DNA from: Penicillus capitatus
Lineage: Eukaryota; Plantae; Chlorophyta
DNA: 64,000 bases
Reading direction: 5' to 3'
NCBI GenBank assembly: GCA_965649825.1
Contig: OZ287694.1
Location: 1-64,000 of the forward strand
In this document: positions 12,001 to 23,800 of the stretch, one piece after another
Layout: every line of letters begins with the position of its first letter
Position numbering within the stretch: position 1 is the first letter of the stretch
Made by a program: the position numbers and the translations under genes
Notes under the pieces: generated by a model
Seen by the model: only the letters and a program-made list of their open reading frames with translations
The model's database searches: none
What the model was told of the DNA's origin: nothing

Positions 12001-14640
12001 CGTCTGGTGCCCGATTTCAACTCCGTACGACAGCGCCCAAAGCGGGACAAACTTCCACCGACTGGCATCCGCGACGTGTCCCGAGGCGTCCCGCACCCGT
12101 CCGCGTCGAATTCCGCCGACGGCCGGCCCTCAGTACGTCGCAGTTTGCCGAAATGTGGAATCCAGAAAGGCCGCGCCACAGGCCGAGGACGCCGCCGTCG
12201 GTCGCCAAACTTGGGTCCGTCCGCAGCCACTCGACCCCGCCGACCCATCCCCACCCTCGCTCGACCACGTCGCCGGCGTCATCGTGCACTTCCAGATCGT
12301 ACTGACAGGTCAAATTACGGCTGATGTGACGTCTGGTGCCCGATTTCAACTCCGTACGACAGCGCCCAAAGCGGGACAAACTTCCACCGACTGGCATCCG
12401 CGACGTGTCCCGAGGCGTCCCGCACCCGTCCGCGTCGAATTCCGCCCACGGTCGGCCCTCAGTACGTCGCAGTTTGCCGAAATGTGGAATCCGGAAGGGT
12501 CGTGCCACAGGCCGAGGACGCCGCCGTCGGTCGCCAAACTTGGGTCCCTTGGCATCCACTCGACCCCGCCGACCCATCCCCACCCTCGCTCGACCACGTC
12601 GCCGGCGTCATCGTGCACTTCCAGATCGTACTGACAGGTCAAATTACGGCTGATGTGACGTCTGGTGCCCGATTTCAACTCCGTACGACAGCGCCCAAAG
12701 CGGGACAAACTTCCACCGACTGGCATCCGCGACGTGTCCCGAGGCGTCCCGCACCCGTCCGCGTCGAATTCCGCCGACGGCCGGCCCTCAGTACGTCGCA
12801 GTTTGCCGAAATGTGGAATCCAGAAAGGCCGCGCCGCAGGCCGAGGACGCCGCCGTCGGTCGCCAAACTTGGGTCCGTCCGCATCCACTCGACCCCGCCG
12901 ACCCATCCCCACCCTCGCTCGACCACGTCGCCGGCGTCATCGTGCACTTCCAGATCGTACTGACAGGTCAAATTACGGCTGATGTGACGTCTGGTGCCCG
13001 ATTTCAACTCCGTACGACAGCGCCCAAAGCGGGACAAACTTCCACCGACTGGCATCCGCGACGTGTCCCGAGGCGTCCCGCACCCGTCCGCGTAATATAC
13101 TGCCGACGGCCGGCCCTCAGTACGTCGCAGTTTGCCGAAATGTTGAATCCGGAAGGGTCGGGCCACAGGCCGAGGACGCCGCCGTCGGTCGCCAAACTTG
13201 GGTCCGTCCGCATCCACTCGACCCCGCCGACCCATTCCCACCCTCGCTCGACCACGTCGCCGGCGTCATCGTGCACTTCCAGATCGTACTGACAGGTCAA
13301 ATTACGGCTGATGTGACGTCTGGTGCCCGATTTCAACTCCGTACGACAGCGCCCAAAGCGGGACAAACTTCCACCGACTGGCATCCGCGACGTGTCCCGA
13401 GCCGTCCCGCACCCGTCCGCGTCGAATTCCGCCCACGGTCGGCCCTCAGTACGTCGCAGTTTGCCGAAATGTGGAATCCAGAAAGGCCGCGCCACAGGCC
13501 GAGGACGCCGCCGTCGGTCGCCAAACTTGGGTCCGTCCGCATCCACTCGACCCCGCCGACCCATCCCCACCCTCGCTCGACCACGTCGCCGGCGTCATCG
13601 TGCACTTCCAGATCGTACTGACAGGTCAAATTACGGCTGATGTGACGTCTGGTGCCCGATTTCAACTCCGTACGACAGCGCCCAAAGCGGGACAAACTTC
13701 CACCGACTGGCATCCGCGACGTGTCCCGAGGCGTCCCGCACCCGTCCGCGTCGAATTCCGCCGACGGCCGGCCCTCAGTACGTCGCAGTTTGCCGAAATG
13801 TGGAATCCAGAAAGGCCGCGCCACAGGCCGAGGACGCCGCCGTCGGGCTCCAACCAAGGGTCCGTCCGCATCCACTCGACCCCGCCGACCCATCCCCACC
13901 CTCGCTCGACCACGTCGCCGGCGTCATCGTGCACTTCCAGATCGTACTGACAGGTCAAATTACGGCTGATGTGACGTTTGGTGCCCGATTTCAACTCCGT
14001 ACGACAGCGCCCAAAGCGGGACAAACTTCCACCGACTGGCATCCGCGACGTGTCCCGAGGCGTCCCGCACCCGTCCGCGTCGAATTCCGCCGACGGCCGG
14101 CCCTCAGTACGTCGCAGTTTGCCGAAATGTGGAATCCGGAAGGGTCGTGCCACAGGCCGAGGACGCCGCCGTCGGTCGCCAAACTTGGGTCCCTTGGCAT
14201 CCACTCGACCCCGCCGACCCATCCCCACCCTCGCTCGACCACGTCGCCGGCGTCATCGTGCACTTCCAGATCGTACTGACAGGTCAAATTACGGCTGATG
14301 TGACGTTTGGTGCCCGATTTCAACTCCGTACGACAGCGCCCAAAGCGGGACAAACTTCCACCGACTGGCATCCGCGACGTGTCCCGAGGCGTTCCGCACC
14401 CGTCCGCGTCGAATTCCGCCCACGGTCGGCCCTCAGTAAGTCGCAGTTTGCCGAAATGTGGAATCCGGAAGGGTCGGGCCACAGGCCGAGGACGCCGCCG
14501 TCGGGCTCCAACCAAGGGTCCGTCCGCATCCACTCGACCCCGCCGACCCGTCCCCACCCTCGCTTGACCGTGTCGCCGGCGTCATCGTGCACTTCCAGAT
14601 CGAACTGACAGGTCAGGTTACACCTGATGTGACGCCGGGC
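1..14640. repeat. 329-bp tandem satellite array, 44 full units plus a diverged half unit; continues beyond window start
   Basis: cgccacaggccgaggacg recurs every 329 bp (1, 330, 659 ... 14477), and the ORF track repeats with the same period. Units differ only at a few SNPs and short variant blocks. Similarity is lost at about 14,640. Confidence 0.99.
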
Positions 14641-14707
14641 TCCAGCACTTAGGCGCTCCAAGACGCTGCGGAGGTCAGACGGGCGACCCGCCGTCCGCAC
14701 CGAAGAC

Positions 14708-14929
14708 GCTGGTAGAAGTGTTATGAGCTCGTCCTCGTGCTTGATGGCAAACAACTCGTTGCTCGGCCGGGCGGTGTGACGCGGATGTGACGACTCGCTA
14801 AACCACTGAACCGCTGAACGGGTCCGCATGGGGGTGGTCGGGATGGTTCCGCATCTGCTCCAAATAACTTGGCCAATGCAACTGGGATGCTAGTAGAAGT
14901 GTTCTGCGCTCGTCCACATGCTTGATGGC
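14708..14929 (+). repeat. 41-bp imperfect direct repeat (14708-14748 and 14889-14929, 36/41 identical)
   Basis: gctggtagaagtgttatgagctcgtcctcgtgcttgatggc versus gctagtagaagtgttctgcgctcgtccacatgcttgatggc, offset 181 bp. Confidence 0.9.
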
Positions 14930-15616
14930 GCCTGCGATTGCATTCGCGACTGGGACTTCGCCCTCGAATTCGAGGACGCGTCGCTGATGACGCACATCAC
15001 TCTGTTCAAGCTGGCATCGCCGGTCGTCGCCTCAGTATTGACGGTCTACCTACAAGCAAAAGCGCCGTGCCTCGAGGAAACGTCTTTAGAAGCGTGGATC
15101 GTCATCCTGAATCACATCCACCTGTCAGCTCCGCCCCCTTTCGTCGAGTTTCGACGTTATCCAGAGAGAATGGCTTGGTGGTACGAAGACATGCGTTTCG
15201 CCAAACGTGAACGAGAATGGACTTGTGCACAGGCAGACGTCTTCGAACAGGCAGAGAAGTTCAAGATGGACTTCTTGCTCGTGGCCATTGACGAAGCCAT
15301 CTTGTCAAGGCTCCCGTCGGAGGCTCATATCAACAACGCTCTCTGTTTCAGTCATCTCGAAGATCAACATATCCCTCTGTACCGTCTTGCGGTCCGATAC
15401 AAGTCAGCGCTACCTCAGACAATCAATGGCATTCTGGCTCATCTCGTCAAGATTCTACAGTTTTGCTCTAGTCAAAGCCCAGCTGATTTTGAAAGAAATC
15501 GCGAAAATGGCTGCCTTCCAAAGAAGCAGGCAATGATGAATGCGATCAAAGACGGGAGTGTCGATTTCTACAAGAGACTGACAGAAAACCTGTTGGAGAA
15601 GTTCTTCTTCCTCTGA
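14918..15616 (+). CDS. BTB/POZ-domain protein (232 aa, single exon as seen)
   Basis: BTB-like pattern DFALEFEDASLMTHITLFKLASPVVASVL ... EAWIVILNHIH ... VFEQAEKFKMDFL. TGTAA lies at 15659-15663, downstream of the stop. Confidence 0.7.
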   Translation: MLDGACDCIRDWDFALEFEDASLMTHITLFKLASPVVASVLTVYLQAKAPCLEETSLEAWIVILNHIHLSAPPPFVEFRRYPERMAWWYEDMRFAKREREWTCAQADVFEQAEKFKMDFLLVAIDEAILSRLPSEAHINNALCFSHLEDQHIPLYRLAVRYKSALPQTINGILAHLVKILQFCSSQSPADFERNRENGCLPKKQAMMNAIKDGSVDFYKRLTENLLEKFFFL

Positions 15617-17359
15617 AGATGCCTTTTCATTGAACATGCCTTCCGGAACATTCAAAGGTGTAATGACTTGCGAGCGAAGAAAACGATCTGAATGATTAAA
15701 ATAACGCGCACATTCTTCGATCCCTATGAGCGTTTATTCGAACAGTAGACTGAATCCTGGTCATATATGCCTCTCGTTCATCACCTCTGTACCTTCCTTT
15801 CTGCTTTTAAAACTCTCTACTTCTGTCGCGTCTGTCAACGAGCACTGAATAGCTGAGTGTTGTGTGACAGACAGGTACCCCTGATTGGACAGAATAGGGT
15901 TATTTCAATACGCGACTGAAAGCCTTCAAAGCGTTTGCTGCTATTTCTCTACTGCGTCCCTCGTTCGATCTCCAATGCGATCTGAAGATGACAGATATGT
16001 AGCGGCACAGGAGACAAACTCGCTGCGAGGATGAGGTATGGCGCACGCGCTACATGACTCCGGATAGTGTGCTCGTCAAGAGGAATCGCAAAGCAGAAAG
16101 TGGCCTGACCTCTTGTTCCACGCTGTCTTGACGGAACCGGGGACAGGCGATGGCGGTGACAAAGAAGAGCCGGACATCGCCCAATCTGTGCGTCTGATTA
16201 TAGGAGACATAGCATTCGGATTCAAGGGCGCCGCTGCATCATCCATCCATCTGGCAATGGAATAGCTAACGTGCGATCTGGAACATCTTGGCATGAATGC
16301 GTCGGATCTTGTCGGAGGCAAATAGATCCACCATCTCTTGGACGGCCCACAAAGAGCAAGTCAGGCGATCAATTTCATCCTCGATGACCCAGACACCTTT
16401 GGCGCAAGCGACACTTTGGAACAAGGAAGGGTGTTGGAAGAGTGAGGATCTTAGACCATTCTCGTTTCTCACTCAAATGTTGGTTCATGCAAAACGGGAT
16501 GGAGATCTAATGACCAACACGCGATTGCATTGAAGAAGGAAGCCATCGAATTCAATCAATACTTGACACTGTTGTCACTGACACGAAGTCGAGGAAGGAC
16601 GAAGAACTGAGGAGGAAGATGATATCATGACACGAAGCATGACGCCATCATAACGTCATGCTAGAAAACCATACAAAGGGGGCGATTCGAAAAAACACTA
16701 TCTCTGTAACCACGAACGTTCGGTCTATTTCAAACAGTTTAATATTTGCGCGTATCACTGTTTTCATTGCATTCGACAGCCAAACCGCGAAAACCAAAAC
16801 AGGAGTCGATAAAAGAGGTCGGTTTCTTTTCATCTTGTGGAACACAGACATCGTTTTTATATCCTTCACTTGGAGATAAGATTCCTCTGCCCAAGAGAAT
16901 TGGCAATGTGTCTTTTTCCAAAGAGAGTGTGGAACTGGAAGCGAGGACGTCCAATGTGGAGCTGGTAGACGCACAAGGGGGCTGCTCAGTGTGGAACGCC
17001 TGGCGAGGAAGAAAATGTTCCTGTTGAAGAGGAGATGAGCGAAGATGCTCGATCAACGGAGGTTGGTGATTCTCATTCCTTTGACCATTTATCCGAACAG
17101 GATCACAAATCTCGGTCGCCTGATGAGCCGCCCATCGAGACAACTAGAGGCGAAAATTAAACGATCCCAGCGATCAAAAGTGCTGAAATATAGTATTGTA
17201 GCCATGAATGGGCACTCTCTAGAGTCGCGGGTAGAATTCAAAGAGATGGCGAAGAACGGCACCGGGACTGAAGGTCTTAACAAAATGATGACACGGCTTG
17301 GGAACAAGGCTAACAGAAAAAGGAGGAGAAGGACCACAAGTATACATCTCCGCTCTACA

Positions 17360-19556
17360 ACGTTCAACGTCGTGCGACTTAATGCGCGCCAGGCATTGCT
17401 CGAAACATTGTTCAAGTGCTTCAGAGATGAAACATCGCAAGACATTTCCCTAGCAGACATGTGGGACAAATTTCGACAAATCTGTGGTCGCCGCCACCCG
17501 AACCCATCTCAGCTCTAAGCTAGGAAGGAGAGCTCATCACTGACACAGCACAAAAAGCAGACCTCCTGCTCCGAAGTTTCTTTCCCGGACGCGAGCCCAG
17601 TGATCTAACACGAAGCCCCATCCTCAAAAGTTGCCACAAGCATAGCACCTCTGGAAACACCTATCACACTCCATGAAATCATAGAAAGAATTACAGCGGC
17701 GCGTCGAACAGCTCCGGGATGGGACGACATTCCGGTAGTGTGCTGGCAAGAATGCTCCTCCCTCTTGGCTCCAACGCTACTCAAAATATACAACGCCTGT
17801 TTGAAAATGAACTGCTCCCCCACTACTGGAAACACGCACAGATCCTACCACTGCCCAAGGGAATGAAAAACCGCTCAGATCCAGGCTCCTGGCGTCCGAA
17901 CAGTCTACTCTGCAACGCAGGCAAATTTTTGGAGAAAATAATGAAACGTCGTCTCTCACGATTTCTGGACCAAACAAAAGCACTGAGCGCGATGCAATAT
18001 GGATTCCGGAGGAAATGATCCACGGAGTCGGCCCTTCTGGCCCTAGCGGAAGACACAATGGAAGCCTTTAACCGACGGCAACAGATCCTCGCGGTAGGAC
18101 TCGACATCTCAAAAGCTTTCGATTCGATCTCGCACCGCCTACTCCTTAGCCGCATGCAAGATCTGAAAGCACCACAATACATCACAGACTTCCTTTTCTC
18201 ATTCCTGACTGGACGCTGCGCCACACTGACAATAGATGGGACATCGAGCTGCGTCATGGTCTCCCGCGGAGGGTCCCAAGGAAGCAGTCTGTCGTTGACA
18301 CTCTTCTCGATCTACATAGACACGCTTGCGTCCATCATATGACCATCGGTACGACTGCTGATGTTTGCGGACGATTGCCTCCTATACCAAGAAGTTGATC
18401 GCACTCAAAAAGAAGAACCTCTCCAGACAGCACTGAACAAGACGCTCCAAAGGGATCTCATTAGGCACTTAGCTTTAACGCGGCAAAAACCCAACTCTGT
18501 CGCTTCAGTCGACGGCGCAAAACGAACCCATGACGCTCCAACAAGAATCAACGCGCCTGAGAGAGCAATCCACGATACGCTATCTTGGACTCGATATCTA
18601 ACGCAGCATGGACATTCCGAGAAGTTCTCAAAAACAAGAAGACACTCTGTCAACGCCGCCTACACCAGATACGTCGTCTTAGCCACCCATACTGGGGCTC
18701 TGCTCCTGTAGTCGCCCAACGTATTTTTAACATGTGCATCTTACCGGCTTGCCTATACGAAGCCGCTATATTTGGACCACTCTCGCGAGGGCGCTCCTCC
18801 AGAGTGCAAATACTACAAGCAATATACCGATCAGGCAGCCTTTTGATCCCAGGAGCACACCGCACAACACCTACAAACTCACTACCTTTGCTCGCTGGCC
18901 TCAGACCGCCCGAGATTGACCTCCTGGACCGACTCACTAGCTGCAAGCACCTCCCAGTCCGAACAATCAATGCGAGGAGAAAAAGCAAGCATACTTGACA
19001 CCCTCCCAACAATACCTAGACACAATACGGCAAATCATCACAAAAGAATGGATCCCTGAAGACATCCGAAGACTCCTCATCGAAGACAGTCAAAATGATC
19101 ACGACGGCCCTCTCCTCAACACAGCACGCAAAGCATACCTCAGAACTCAACTCTGTGAGAAATGGCAACAAGCACCAACAAGACAAGCACTACTGGGAGC
19201 CGGCTGGACTCCAATGGCACGACTCGAACTATCGTGGTGGAAACACTTTTCCAGAGCAAGTGTATCCCGACGAAGCCGATTTTTGTCCGGACACTTCCCT
19301 TTACGAGCATACCTTGAGCGTTTTCATTGTCTTCAAGAACATCAAACAAACCAATACCGCTATGGCTGCCCCGCCGAAGAAACAAGAAACCACCTCCTCT
19401 ACTGTCCCCACCTATCTAAACTCCGGCACCAAAACAAACTACACTCTAAGACATTCCCAATTCGTTTGTCATTTGAATACTTGTCCTGCCTGGATGATTT
19501 TCTAGCGGCACTCAACTGGTCCTAAAACACTGCCTATTCTTTTAATTGAAATAAAT
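17360..19556 (+). mobile_element. Degenerate 5'-truncated non-LTR retrotransposon (LINE ORF2: RT plus C-terminal Cys/His knuckle)
   Basis: RT motifs WRPNSLL, QYGFR, LDISKAFDSI, GGSQGSSLS, FADD; post-RT motif IPGAHRTTPT; C-terminal SGHFPLRAYL...ETRNHLLYC. In-frame TGA at 18016 and 18340 and several frameshifts. No endonuclease or ORF1 seen. AATAAA at 19550. The 5' boundary is approximate. Confidence 0.92.
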
Positions 19557-19559
19557 GAT

Positions 19560-20019
19560 CATGGGATATACCATTGTGTGAACCTCACGAAAAACCCCAA
19601 CTAAGAAGAAGTTTTCGACATTGAATTTTTGTACAAGTTTGAAGTACTGTAGATTTACTTGCCGACAATCTCTATCATCATCTCAGATATCGTCGAAACT
19701 GACGCGAATCTCACCCTCGCTCTTACGTCAACTGAAGACTCCGGGAGGAGGAATGAGAGAGCTTGGCTCGTCTCTGGGCTGACTTATCTTAAAAGCGCAG
19801 CGGAAGTTCTAAAGAAGATGAAGATGGGCATGCGAGGAAAACTAAGACTAACTAAAGGTGCAGCTAATAGACAGCGTGTTACAACTGTAGACAGCGGATT
19901 GTTCTTTGACAACTTGATGTATACAGCAATCGAACACAAGCTGAAACGCGTAAGTGAATGGAAAAGTGTTTTTGTCTCAAACCCTCGCTTTCATGCTCTT
20001 CTAGTGATGTAACCGACAG
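19560..20019 (+). pseudogene. Unidentified coding remnant directly 3' of the LINE
   Basis: 117-codon open frame 19659-20012 with protein-like composition, a GTAAGT donor-like site at 19950, and in-frame stops upstream. No recognisable family. Confidence 0.3.
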
Positions 20020-20805
20020 GTCAGACAATGTAGGATTGCCACAGGAAGTTCAACAATGAGTTTCCGAGGGAGTTCACAACGAAACTGAAAAGTTCACCAC
20101 GGAATTCTAGAAGCTCCGAAGAACTATAACATGAAATCCCGAAGAGTTCACAGTCCCCGTCATTGCGACTTCCTTGCAAAAACCAGGCGCGTCGACAATT
20201 GGGCCGCGCCGCTCCATGTGCACGAATGGCTTATGACGCAACAATTCCTATTAATTACACCCACGTTGATTATCGCTCGGTCGGAATTGCGGTATTGTTT
20301 TGCATGTCTTTGTTGCAGACACAACTAAGTACTAAGTGCTTTATAAAGTGACCCATCATGTCCGAGTTCAGCAAGCCCGCGATACGACAAGCCGAGCCAA
20401 CTGTCCACTTTGACTTGAATTCACACAGTGTGAAACGACATGTTCTTATGGTTCGTTACCAAATCGGATAGATGATGATTAGGGGCTTGATGCTTCCACG
20501 ACGGAGATTCTTAATGCAGCATCCAATGAAAAAAATAGAATCATGTTCACCGCTCAGACTCTGCGAACGGAAAGACGAACTTGTTTATTGGATCCATTCA
20601 CACTTTTTTAAGGTGCCCTAGGATTTCAGGGATCTTTTTATCGAAGTCTTGTCTTAAACATGTGACATGTGTTTGTCAAACGCTTCCTTAACCCATCTTT
20701 TAATCTTTGTCGAAGAAAAGATGTTCAAATCACAGCATGCATTTTTGAATGTGAAAGGATCCAATGTAAATGAGTTCTGCACAAAATGACCAGAGTACCA
20801 ATTAA

Positions 20806-23800
20806 TCAAACACGGAATCGTCGCCACAATTCGCGCTTCCGCGGAGGTTCAGAACTAGTTTGTACTAATACCGACTTTAGAAGCTTATCCAACAGGTTCG
20901 GAAACTTCTTTTCGAATTCTCCTCTTAAATACCACGTAAACTGATCAATAGATTGCCTCTCAAACCTTCCAATTTTTTCAGAAGATGTTGTATGAAAGAC
21001 AAGAAGAGCTCTTTCAGATTTTGTAGAGGTTTTGATAGTCAGTGAGTTTTGCACGAAAAAGATCGAAAGACTACCCTTATGGGCACGAAGAGACGATAAT
21101 GACGCAGGTATGACTTTTTCAGTTTTTATACCTTCTAACGCCCTTCTTGCAGCAAAGCGCACTTCTTCGAAATTCTCTGTACACGCCGTTGTCAGCGTCG
21201 GCATTACCTCGCCAGCGTACTGCGGCGCCGCTATGGCGATGCGGCCGATTGCCTCTATCCCCACTCGACGCACGTCTTCAGATCGGTCACTACACGCCTT
21301 CGCAAGCATCAGCAGTATCTTGTCAGCATACTGCGGCGCCGCTATGGCGATGCGGCCGATTGCCTCTATCCCCACTCGACGCACGTCTTCAGATCGGTCA
21401 CGACACGCCTTCGCAAGCATCAGCAGTATCTTGTCAGCATACTGCGGCGCCGCTATGGCGATGCGGCCGATTGCCTCTATCCCCACTCGACGCACGTCTT
21501 CAAAACGGTCACGACACGCCTTCGCAAGCATCGGCGGTATCTTGTCAGCGTGCTGCGGAGCTGCTGATACGACTCGACCGATGGCCTTGATCGCCGCCAA
21601 ACGCAGATAGATGTTGTTGCGTACCTCTGCAAGCGTCGAAAGAACGTGGTCGGCGTGTTGCGGCGCAGCCACGCTGACGCAGACGATGGCCTCTATCGCT
21701 TCTTGAGCCACGTGAGTTTTTTCGAAATAATCGAGGTACACTTTTTCCAGCACCGGTAAAACCTCGTCAGCGTATTGCGGCGCTACCGAGACAACGTGTC
21801 CGATAGCCTTTATCGCAGCTTGACGACTATACTCAGAGTTCCAATGCTCCTCCTGGCCGACGTGCCTGTAGCACCCGATCTTCAGTGTCTCTAAAAACTT
21901 GTTAGCGTGCTGGGGCGCCGCCACTAAGACGCGGCCGACGGTTTCCATCGATGTTCGACAAAATGCAGTGTCGTCATACGCTTCTGCTAGCATCGGAAGA
22001 AACTTGCCAGCGTGTTGCGGCGCCGCCACTAGGACGCGGCCGATAGCCTTTAACACTATTCTGCCAATGGCATCGGTATCTATGTGATTCCAATATTCCT
22101 CTAGCATCAGAAGAAACTTGCCAGCGTGCTGCGGCGCCGACGCGACAACGAGGCCGGTTGCCTCTATCCCCAATCGACACATGTCTTCAGATAAGCTGCG
22201 ACACGCCTTCTCTAGCGTCGGCAGTATTTTGTCAGCGTACTGCGGCGCCGCCGCAGCAATGCGGCCGATGGTCTTCATCGCTATTTCACACACGTCCTCG
22301 TCTTCGTCGGCGTACCTCTTTGCCAGCATCGAAAGAAGCTCGCTAGAGTACTGCGGCGCCTCTGCGCCGATGTGGCCGATTGCCTCTATCCCCAATCGAC
22401 GCACGTCTTTAGACTGGTCGCCACACGCCTTCTCTAGCACCGCAAGAAGCTTGTTAGCGTGTTGCGGCGACGCTGCGGCGATGTGGCCGATGGTCTTCAT
22501 CGCTTTCTTAAGCACGTTTTCGTCTTTTCTGTTGCCGCACGTCTCCACCAACGTCAACAGAAACTCTCCGGCGTGCTGCGGCGCCGCCGCGACAACGAGG
22601 CCGGTTGCCTCTATCCCCAATCGACGCACGTATTCAGACTGGTCGCGACACGCCTTCTCTAGCGTCGGCAGTACCTCGCCAGCGTGCTGCGGCGCCTCTG
22701 CGCCGATGCGGCCGATTGCCTCTATCCCCAATCGACACATATCTCCAAATGGGCTGCGACACGCCTTCTCTAGCGTCGGCAGTATTTTGTCAGCGTACTG
22801 CGGCGCCGCCGCAGCAATGCGGCCGATTGCCTCTATCCCCACTCGACGCACGTCTTTAGATCGGTCAATACACGCCTTCTTTAGCGTCGGCAGTACCTCG
22901 CCAGCGTGCTGCGGCGCCGCCGCGACAACGAGGCCGATTGCCTCTATTCCCAATCGACGCACGTCTTCAGACTGGTCGCCACACGCCTTCTCTAGCACCG
23001 CAAGAAGCTTGCTGGCGTGCTGCGGCGACGCTGCGGCGATGTGGCCGATGGTCTTCATCGCTATCTTGAGCACGTTTTCGTCTTTTCTGTTGCCGCACGT
23101 CTCCACCAACGTCGACAAAAGCTCGCTGGCTTGTTGTGGCATATGTTCTGCGATAGAGCTTAACCTTCGGATGTGCTCCTTTGAATTGCACCAGCTATTG
23201 GATTCTTGTACTAGTTGCAACACGTGCTGGATTATTAAGTTACTCTGCTCCGAAGAGTGCCTCGCCAACTTTAAGACATCTGAAATCTTGGCCATTTCCA
23301 TCCATGTTAGGTTGTGTGAGCACTCAAGGTTTTTCTTTACTTCACCGATTGTGTCTTGAATTACTCGTGGAAATTCTTGCAGAACGCGTGGCACTTGCTG
23401 CAAATTTTCAATCACGATTTCACGAGTTAGAACATCGTCGAAAGTACGCTCGAGCAGTTGGCGAGCACTTTCAGCGAGCTCGATTGCTTGTCCGTCTTTC
23501 AGAAGGTCTTTCAAGCTGTTTTCTTCTGTCTCTTCTAGGCTTGCTTCGAGAACCCGCATTCTTAAGAAAAAGTGCTGTATCCCAAGAATCTCGATAGGGT
23601 CTTTGTCAACGGTTAAGAGCATCTTCTGCAACGCAAACTTGCTTTGTCCTCTTGCAAATGCGTTCATTGCGAAGGAAATTGCCAAAGCGTGCTTTTGATT
23701 GTATTTTCCTTCCTCAATGAACTGGAGTACTTCTTGATTTTCTTCATTCGAACCGTTTTCCCTCAAGCTACTAGCAATGTATCTTCCAGCAAAGTACTCT

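Noticed and set aside
1-14640. CRISPR array or tandem RNA-gene array interpretation of the repeat
   Set aside because: There are no unique spacers and no cas genes, and the context is eukaryotic. No tRNA, snRNA or spliced-leader signature was found in the unit.
14545-14640. Apparent third-position bias of edge-unit substitutions in the frame DHVAGVIVHFQIVLTGQ, suggesting a coding origin
   Set aside because: Only about 5 of 9 changes fall at third positions, which is too few to distinguish from chance. Part of the segment falls in the alternative intron-like interpretation.
111-14829. Dozens of 105-188 aa ORFs on both strands of the satellite
   Set aside because: They recur every 329 bp in three overlapping frames. 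The unit length is not a multiple of 3, no domain is recognisable, and high GC suppresses stops.
15130-15160. VEFRR peptide shared between the BTB ORF and a satellite frame
   Set aside because: The five-residue match has no flanking nucleotide similarity, so it is likely coincidental.
18016-18342. In-frame TGA codons in the RT as possible readthrough or selenocysteine
   Set aside because: They co-occur with multiple frameshifts and degraded motifs, which is ordinary pseudogenisation.
1-20800. Telomere or subtelomere call for the satellite zone
   Set aside because: No TTTAGGG or TTAGGG-type tracts are present in the window, so the chromosomal position cannot be decided from this sequence.
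21032-23597. Long plus-strand ORFs antisense to the HEAT repeats
   Set aside because: They are mirror frames of a GC-rich repeated CDS and have no independent motifs.
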